DNA from: Verrucomicrobiota bacterium
Lineage (GTDB): Bacteria; Verrucomicrobiota; Verrucomicrobiia; Chthoniobacterales; UBA6821
Direction: 5' to 3'
DNA: 64,000 nt
Assembly: GCA_021413925.1 (NCBI GenBank)
Contig: JAIOPL010000002.1
Span: 9,655 to 73,654 of the forward strand
The notes below the pieces were generated by a model. The model had not been told where the DNA came from, did no database searches, and saw only the letters and a list, made by a program, of their open reading frames with translations. How positions within the stretch are numbered: position 1 is the stretch's first letter; each line of letters opens with the position of its first letter. The position numbers and the translations under genes are program-made. Positions 58,693-64,000 of the stretch are shown in pieces.

Positions 58693-58942
58693 AATCTCAG
58701 AGAGAGCCAGAAAACAGCTTAAAAAACTTGGGCATACTGCTCAGATAGAGATCATTTCATACCTTGAAAAGCGTCTCCAAGGTAAAGAAAACCCGAGACG
58801 TTTTGGCAAACCCCTTGTAGGTGATCTAGCTGGTTTGTGGAGATACCGTGTGGGTTCCTACAGGATCATCTGCAAGATTGAGGATGAAAAGCTTATCGTT
58901 CTACTTGTTGCCGTTGGTGATCGAAAAAACATCTACCGTTAG
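58676..58942 (+). CDS. relE: RelE/ParE-family toxin
   Basis: Translation 'ISERARKQLKKL......GLWRYRVGSYRIICKIEDEKLIVLLVAVGDRKNIY'. Confidence 0.88.
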   Translation: MNWECEISERARKQLKKLGHTAQIEIISYLEKRLQGKENPRRFGKPLVGDLAGLWRYRVGSYRIICKIEDEKLIVLLVAVGDRKNIYR

Positions 58943-59112
58943 GAAATCGCTGATTAAATCGCATAGAGGCCGTTGCGAGAAGCCGTAACGGAAGCAACGG
59001 CCCCCTATATCCTGTATCCCATCTTCAGACTTCTATCTCCCTCGTCCTTACATTTTCTTCGCCAGTCCTTGGCTGCTTCCTTGGTGGAACAATGCAGTCA
59101 GCAATTCTTTTC

Positions 59113-59442
59113 CTACTCCTGGCCTAGTTTTCTAAGAAGCTCGGGAGCATCCCTCGACGCGATTTCCCAAATCAGCTGGGTGTCGATTCCGAAGTAGTCA
59201 TGCACGATCCGATGCCGCAGGCCAATGATCTGTTGCCAAGGCACATCCGGGTACGCGGCGTGCTGTTCCGCGTCGAGTTGTCGTGCCGCCTCCCCTATAA
59301 TCTCAAGATTGCGTGTGACGGCATCCATGGTTTTCTGATCTTCCAGAAAGGAGTCGATTGTCTTTCCCCGAGTATATTCCATTACCCTGCCCAACGCGGT
59401 ACGGATATCTGTCACCAGCAGGAGTTGATCGCGTTTAGGCAT
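59113..59442 (-). CDS. hepT: HepT (DUF86, HEPN) toxin
   Basis: R-x4-H-x-Y motif 'RHRIVHDY'. ATG 59442 overlaps the mntA stop by 8 nt. Confidence 0.88.
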   Translation of the reverse strand: MPKRDQLLLVTDIRTALGRVMEYTRGKTIDSFLEDQKTMDAVTRNLEIIGEAARQLDAEQHAAYPDVPWQQIIGLRHRIVHDYFGIDTQLIWEIASRDAPELLRKLGQE

Positions 59443-59722
59443 CCGCAAGATCCGGCTCGATGAAGCGCCAGCGCTTGGGGTCAATGGCGCGCCTGGAGAC
59501 CACGTCGGACGGATGCCCCAAGGCTTTTTCGATTTCGCCCGCCAAGCTCACAAAATTCAATCCTACGGATGAATCAACCTCCACGAGGACATCGACATCG
59601 CTTTCCTCGGTTGCCTCATCCCTGGCCGTGGATCCAAAGAGTGCAATCCTAGAGACGGGATAACGTTTTTGGAGATCCAGCTTGATGCTTGATAGGACAC
59701 GCAGTGCTTCGTCGCGACGCAT
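59435..59722 (-). CDS. mntA: MntA minimal nucleotidyltransferase antitoxin
   Basis: G-S-x(n)-D-x-D motif 'LFGSTARDEATEESDVDVLV'. Confidence 0.88.
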   Translation of the reverse strand: MRRDEALRVLSSIKLDLQKRYPVSRIALFGSTARDEATEESDVDVLVEVDSSVGLNFVSLAGEIEKALGHPSDVVSRRAIDPKRWRFIEPDLADA

Positions 59723-59891
59723 GAAAGATAATTATCATGATCCGGACCCTTCGTCCATGACTCTGACGATTATGGCGTGCTCTTCCCAAGCCCTGGTCGC
59801 TAGACTCTCGACCCTTCGTCTCTAGCTGGCGTGTCAGCTTGTCACCCTTACCTTGTTGACGATGGATGGTTGATGCACTATCATCAGATGC

Positions 59892-60131
59892 ATGAGAACC
59901 ACGCTTGATATCGAAGAGGATGTGCTAATGGCGGCCAAGGAACTTGCCGAGAGGGAAGGGAGCACGGCGGGTCGCATCATCTCGCTGCTTGCGCGCCGGG
60001 GACTGAGCAATCCGAAGTCAAAACTCAAAAAAACCCCGGTGATCCGGGGGGGGGTCCCGCTTGTACGCTCGAGGGGGGAAGTGGTGACGACTGACCGGAT
60101 CCGAAAACTGATGGATCAAGAAGGGATCTGA
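59892..60131 (+). CDS. vapB: VapB-type antitoxin
   Basis: 'MRTTLDIEEDVLMAAKELAEREG' lies upstream of a PIN gene with a 4-nt gap. The ORF contains a G9 tract at 60046-60054. Confidence 0.75.
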   Translation: MRTTLDIEEDVLMAAKELAEREGSTAGRIISLLARRGLSNPKSKLKKTPVIRGGVPLVRSRGEVVTTDRIRKLMDQEGI

Positions 60132-60135
60132 GACG

Positions 60136-60570
60136 ATGCGTGCGTTGCTGGACATCAATGTGATGATCGCACTTCTCGATCCAGACCATGCGTTTCACGA
60201 AAGAGCACACACTTGGTGGGAGGATAATCACCACTACGGCTGGGCCAGTTGCCCACTCACGGAAAACGGCACAGTTCGTATCATGAGCAGTACCGGCTAC
60301 AGCCGCGAAATCCAGTTTACCCCAGGGGAATTAATCGCCCGAATCCGTCAGTTCTCCACACAGACAGATCATGAATTCTGGGAGGACTCCATCTCTCTTC
60401 GGAACGGAGCGATCTTTGCCGAGGATCTCATCCACAGCTCACGACAACTTACGGATCTTTATTTGCTGGCCCTGGCAGTTGACCACAAAGGGCGGCTCGC
60501 GACTTTCGACGAAAAAATCCCTCTGTCCGCAGTATGCCATGCCAAAGAAAAGAATCTCTGTTTGATCTGA
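60136..60570 (+). CDS. vapC: PIN-domain toxin (VapC family)
   Basis: N-terminus 'MRALLDINVMIALLDPDH', then '..TDLYLLALAV..GRLATFD'. Length is 144 aa. Confidence 0.88.
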   Translation: MRALLDINVMIALLDPDHAFHERAHTWWEDNHHYGWASCPLTENGTVRIMSSTGYSREIQFTPGELIARIRQFSTQTDHEFWEDSISLRNGAIFAEDLIHSSRQLTDLYLLALAVDHKGRLATFDEKIPLSAVCHAKEKNLCLI

Positions 60571-60693
60571 TCGGGTAAAGGCTCTCCATTACTAGGCTAT
60601 CTCATGATAGGCCACCCTTGGGCTCGTTTGTCTAACAGCCTAACAGTCTTCAGCCCAAGAGCCTTATTGGAATGTCAGTGTGTTTGGCCCGCC

Positions 60694-60713
60694 AATTGTC
60701 ACGGAATTGTCAC
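60694..60713 (+). promoter_or_regulatory. Direct repeat AATTGTCAC x2 with 11-bp period (possible operator)
   Basis: The repeat aattgtcac-gg-aattgtcac lies about 90 bp upstream of the ATG at 60801. Confidence 0.2.
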
Positions 60714-60800
60714 AAATAAGCATTCCCCCCTTCTGTCCTCTTGTTGGTTGGATTTTATCTGTCAATCCCCCAATCTCTTGTGATGCGTACTGCTTCCCTG

Positions 60801-61281
60801 ATGAAGAAGGGTGTCACGATATGTTCTCTGGTTCTGGCAATCCCGGTGTCGTTTGCTGAAACCACCGCGATGACTCTCTCCCAGTCACCCGATGGGGTTT
60901 TCCAATTGCGCCGGATGCAGGCCGATCCCGGGGGAGCGAGGGGAGGCCCGCAAGGCGCTTGAAATCTCGGACCGTGAGGGAAAAACCCTCTTCCGATGGA
61001 TTTCATCCATCAGAACTTCCTCGGCATTATGGAGTCCTGATTCCAAGTTCCTTGCCGTCAACGATAGTCCTGGAAGCGGGGGTGATCAGCTCTGGATCTT
61101 TTCCCTCGACCCTGTTGCGAAGCGTGCGGTGCCGATCAGGGAACCTGATGGGAAAAAGCTTAGGGCTGAAATCGAATCACGTCATGGAAGTTTCCTCAAT
61201 CTCATCGAGGGTGTGACGCTTCGGGCCGGTACGCGATCCAGTGGAATGGGAGGGGAAAGGACGAACCAAGCCGCAGGGTAG
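60801..61281 (+). pseudogene. Small secreted protein with SPDG/SPDS beta-propeller-like motifs, apparent +1 frameshift
   Basis: The signal peptide 'MKKGVTICSLVLAIPVSFA' and 'SPDGVFQLRR' lie in one frame. 'ALEISDREGKTLFRW..ALWSPDSKFLAVND' lies in the +1 frame. The frames meet at a G5 run (60930-60934). Confidence 0.5.
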
Positions 61282-61517
61282 CGGTGCGGAAGATCACGCG
61301 AATGTGCGACCCCTAAGGGCGGCAATGCTTGCCGGGCGGCAAGTGCCGTCAAACCTGAAACTTGAAATCTTGAAATCTTAAAACGGAAAGGGCGTAGGTC
61401 AGGACATGGGCATCACCTGAAACCTGTGTCGGCGGATGAACTCATCGGCGGGGGGAGGGATCCAGTATTGGAATCGTTTAACTTTTTAATTGTGATGGCG
61501 TTGAATAACGATCATAT

Positions 61518-64000
61518 ATGTCGTCTATGAATTCCAGGCTCCATCAACTTCTCTCCTTGGAGAATTTGTCAATGGGCATCAAATCTTTGATTTCATTGTT
61601 TCAGAATAGGGGAAATCGGCATCTCGAACTTTTTTTACACAATAAAACCACCTTTCTGGTCGTTATATATTTTTCTGCTCTATTTCTGATAGAACCGAGC
61701 AAATCCATGGCCATCACGATGGGAGAGGTTCGTGCCGGGGTTGTGCCGGGTCAGTCTGGGGGACGCGGGTCGGCATCCAATCTCCAGAACGCGGGAGCCG
61801 CCTCTGCCGCCATGACGGCGACTTTGGCGCGGCAGTCGATCCAGAGGAGTGACACGGCGGTGGGGGCGATGAGGGCCATGCAGCAGAATGCGGCGGCCGC
61901 AGCCAGAGCGGCAGCGCGTTCCGGTAATCCCACCCTTCCCAACGGTCAAACAGTCAACGGGTCGTCTGTGATCCCGAATGGTCTGGCTGCCAACTGGCTC
62001 CATCCCCACGACGGATTCGATGGGAATGGCAAGCCTCTCACCACCTCCTGGAGGGGGGCATCCATCAACATGGCCAAGACAACACCAGCGGGTTCCTCCG
62101 CAGATCACCATGTCGAGATCACCCAGTCGGAGCAGAATGCCTACCTCTACTGGAAGAATTTCAATGTCGGGCCTCGGACGACCATCAACTTTGACCAGAG
62201 CAAGGGCGGTGTGGATGCCGGCAAGTGGATCGCCTTCAACAAGATCACCGGCAACGCCTCTCCCTCCAGCATCTATGGCAAGATCAACGCCCAGGGTCAG
62301 GTCTATATCCTGAACCAGAACGGGATCATGTTCCACAACGGCTCCGAGGTGAATGTCCACGCCTTGGTCGCCTCCACCCTTCCGATCAATCCCTACTTCG
62401 CCGGTGATCCCATGCAAGGGATCGAGGGGCGTGGCCTGCTCAACAACACCGACTACCAGTTCCTCTTCTCGGCTCTAAAACTGAAGAAGACACCGAGTTA
62501 TGAGGAGATCTGGGATCCTGGAAACGGCACTCCGATTGCCGCTTCTGCAATCGGGGGCCTGAAGGTGGAAAAGGGCGCTTCGATCTCCACCGCGAAGCCT
62601 AACGGGGGAACTGGAGGGCGCGTGATGCTGGTGGGACCGAGTGTGCGAAACGACGGCACGATCTCCACACCCGAAGGTCAGACCATTCTTGCGGCCGGGC
62701 TCCAAGTGGGTGTGAATGCGCATCCCTCTTCGGATCCGAGTCTTCGCGGGTTGGATGTGTATATAGGTCGAGTTGTGGACGATGCGGACAGAACCGCGGG
62801 CAGATCATTTTCCACCGACCGATCGGGAAACCGGGTCGGGATGGTTGATAATAATGGCCTGATTGAAATGCCGCGAGGTCATGCAGCGATGGTCGGACGG
62901 GATCTGACCCAGAATGGCATCATCGACAGCTCTACCTCGGTGACGCTCAACGGACGCATTGACATACAGGCGGCTTTCAATGCCGAGGTCTCTGCAAACA
63001 AGCCTTCAGGCCTGCACTCCCCCTATTTCTACAATAGCCTTGTGGAAGAGGGAACCACGGGGTCCATTGTGTTCGGGGGCTTTACGGACGGGTTGGGAAT
63101 GCGCAACGGAAGCGTGCTTCGGATCTTGCCGGAATGGTGGACTCAGGAAAAGGTGGCAACTCGCAGTCTCGCGTTACCATCTCTGGTGTCAGTGACGGGC
63201 CAAAGCATCGAGTTTGGGGCCGATACCTCGGTTCTGGCACCGGGAGCGGTGATTCCTGGCGGAAGCACGGTATATGACATGACAAAGGCGGCGAGGTTGG
63301 ATGCGGATCAATCGACCTTGAAATCGTCCCTTGAGGCCGGCATCAGCCTGAGGGCTGGAAACTGGTATCGTCCCGTCGCCGATCAGGATGGAAGTCATTT
63401 CCTGCTAGGGCCATTTGGTGATCAGTCGGGGGGACGCATCACCATGGCGAATGGCGCTGTCATCAGCGCGGCTGGCTCGACGGGTACCGAGGTTCCCGTC
63501 GAGAGGAACTATGTGACTTTCGATTTGAGGGGGCCAGAGTTGGCAGACTCCCCCCTTCTGCGAAACGGACCGCTTCGGGGACGAGAAATCACTGTTGATA
63601 TCCGCGTCTCGGGATCCTCCGGCGGCAAGGATTGGGTGGGTTCACCCGTCGCGGATGCGACGGGATACGCCGCCTTGATCGAGAGGGAGGTTGGAGAACT
63701 GACTGCGGCGGGAGGAAGTGTTGAAATCAGGGCGGGAGACATGGTGGATCTTCAGGTGGGATCGGTTGTCGATGCCTCCGGTGGGTGGATTCGGTTCAAG
63801 GATGGCACCAGAGCCACATCAAAACTACTTTTTGGGAATACAATCACGGACGTTTCCCAGGCACGGAACGACATTTCCTATGAAGGTATCGTCAAGGGTG
63901 CCCCGGTGCATGAGAGTGGATATCTCGAGGGAGGGGCGGGAGGCAGTATCACGATTCAGGCCCCCGCCATGAATATCTCCTCGGTTCTCAGGGGCACCGT
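61518..64000 (+). CDS. Second giant TpsA / filamentous-haemagglutinin-family gene, 3' end outside window (not in ORF track)
   Basis: I translated the frame of 61518 by hand from the stop at 61506-61508 to 63998 and found no stop codon. The product 'MSSMNSRLHQ..FLVVIYFSALFLI..AITMGEVRAGVVPGQSGGRG..' is colinear with 46015-57789. Confidence 0.88.
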   Translation, partial: MSSMNSRLHQLLSLENLSMGIKSLISLFQNRGNRHLELFLHNKTTFLVVIYFSALFLIEPSKSMAITMGEVRAGVVPGQSGGRGSASNLQNAGAASAAMTATLARQSIQRSDTAVGAMRAMQQNAAAAARAAARSGNPTLPNGQTVNGSSVIPNGLAANWLHPHDGFDGNGKPLTTSWRGASINMAKTTPAGSSADHHVEITQSEQNAYLYWKNFNVGPRTTINFDQSKGGVDAGKWIAFNKITGNASPSSIYGKINAQGQVYILNQNGIMFHNGSEVNVHALVASTLPINPYFAGDPMQGIEGRGLLNNTDYQFLFSALKLKKTPSYEEIWDPGNGTPIAASAIGGLKVEKGASISTAKPNGGTGGRVMLVGPSVRNDGTISTPEGQTILAAGLQVGVNAHPSSDPSLRGLDVYIGRVVDDADRTAGRSFSTDRSGNRVGMVDNNGLIEMPRGHAAMVGRDLTQNGIIDSSTSVTLNGRIDIQAAFNAEVSANKPSGLHSPYFYNSLVEEGTTGSIVFGGFTDGLGMRNGSVLRILPEWWTQEKVATRSLALPSLVSVTGQSIEFGADTSVLAPGAVIPGGSTVYDMTKAARLDADQSTLKSSLEAGISLRAGNWYRPVADQDGSHFLLGPFGDQSGGRITMANGAVISAAGSTGTEVPVERNYVTFDLRGPELADSPLLRNGPLRGREITVDIRVSGSSGGKDWVGSPVADATGYAALIEREVGELTAAGGSVEIRAGDMVDLQVGSVVDASGGWIRFKDGTRATSKLLFGNTITDVSQARNDISYEGIVKGAPVHESGYLEGGAGGSITIQAPAMNISSVLRGT

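Noticed and set aside
46015-61517. Giant TpsA plus downstream small genes considered as a contact-dependent inhibition (cdiA-CT/cdiI with orphan modules) locus.
   Set aside because: No VENN-like or similar pre-toxin demarcation was seen in the C-terminal region. The C-terminus is a conserved-looking module plus a P/A linker rather than a variable toxin. The downstream genes are standard type II TA pairs, and no cdiB/TpsB gene is present.

Overview
The window is a moderately GC-rich bacterial chromosome segment. I infer a PVC/Verrucomicrobiota-like organism from PEP-CTERM sorting tails, autotransporter-associated beta-strand repeats and C/A-rich leaders without Shine-Dalgarno sequences; no search was run. 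Positions 1-31.2 kb are ordinary housekeeping DNA: comEC, murJ, tsaC, purE, aroK, gap-pgk-tpiA, two ABC permeases, cca, tRNA-Val, speA-gcvTHP, larC, pyrG, a frameshifted glpX, tal and a manC-like gene, interrupted by one IS110-family element. Positions 31.3-64 kb are accessory DNA. (i) A toxin-antitoxin and ATPase-nuclease island holds hicB/hicBA, vapBC, two AAA+/DUF4143 genes and a DUF433 gene with a truncated DUF5615 partner. (ii) A four-gene surface operon contains a small and a 1510-aa PEP-CTERM protein that share one N-terminal domain. (iii) A 3924-aa TpsA/filamentous-haemagglutinin-like gene has no TpsB partner in the window. (iv) A second TA cluster holds a four-helix-bundle gene, relBE, mntA-hepT and vapBC. 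(v) A second giant tpsA-like paralogue starts at 61518, runs off the window end and is absent from the ORF track. The least explained signal is a mosaic, strand-oriented intergenic repeat family: purine-rich short-word arrays, a two-hairpin core with compensatory stem changes, and TIR-bounded units. It fills nearly every spacer of the accessory region, supplies a stop codon that truncates a toxin gene, and abuts start codons. Nothing was computed and no database was searched; all calls rest on reading the translations and DNA by eye.
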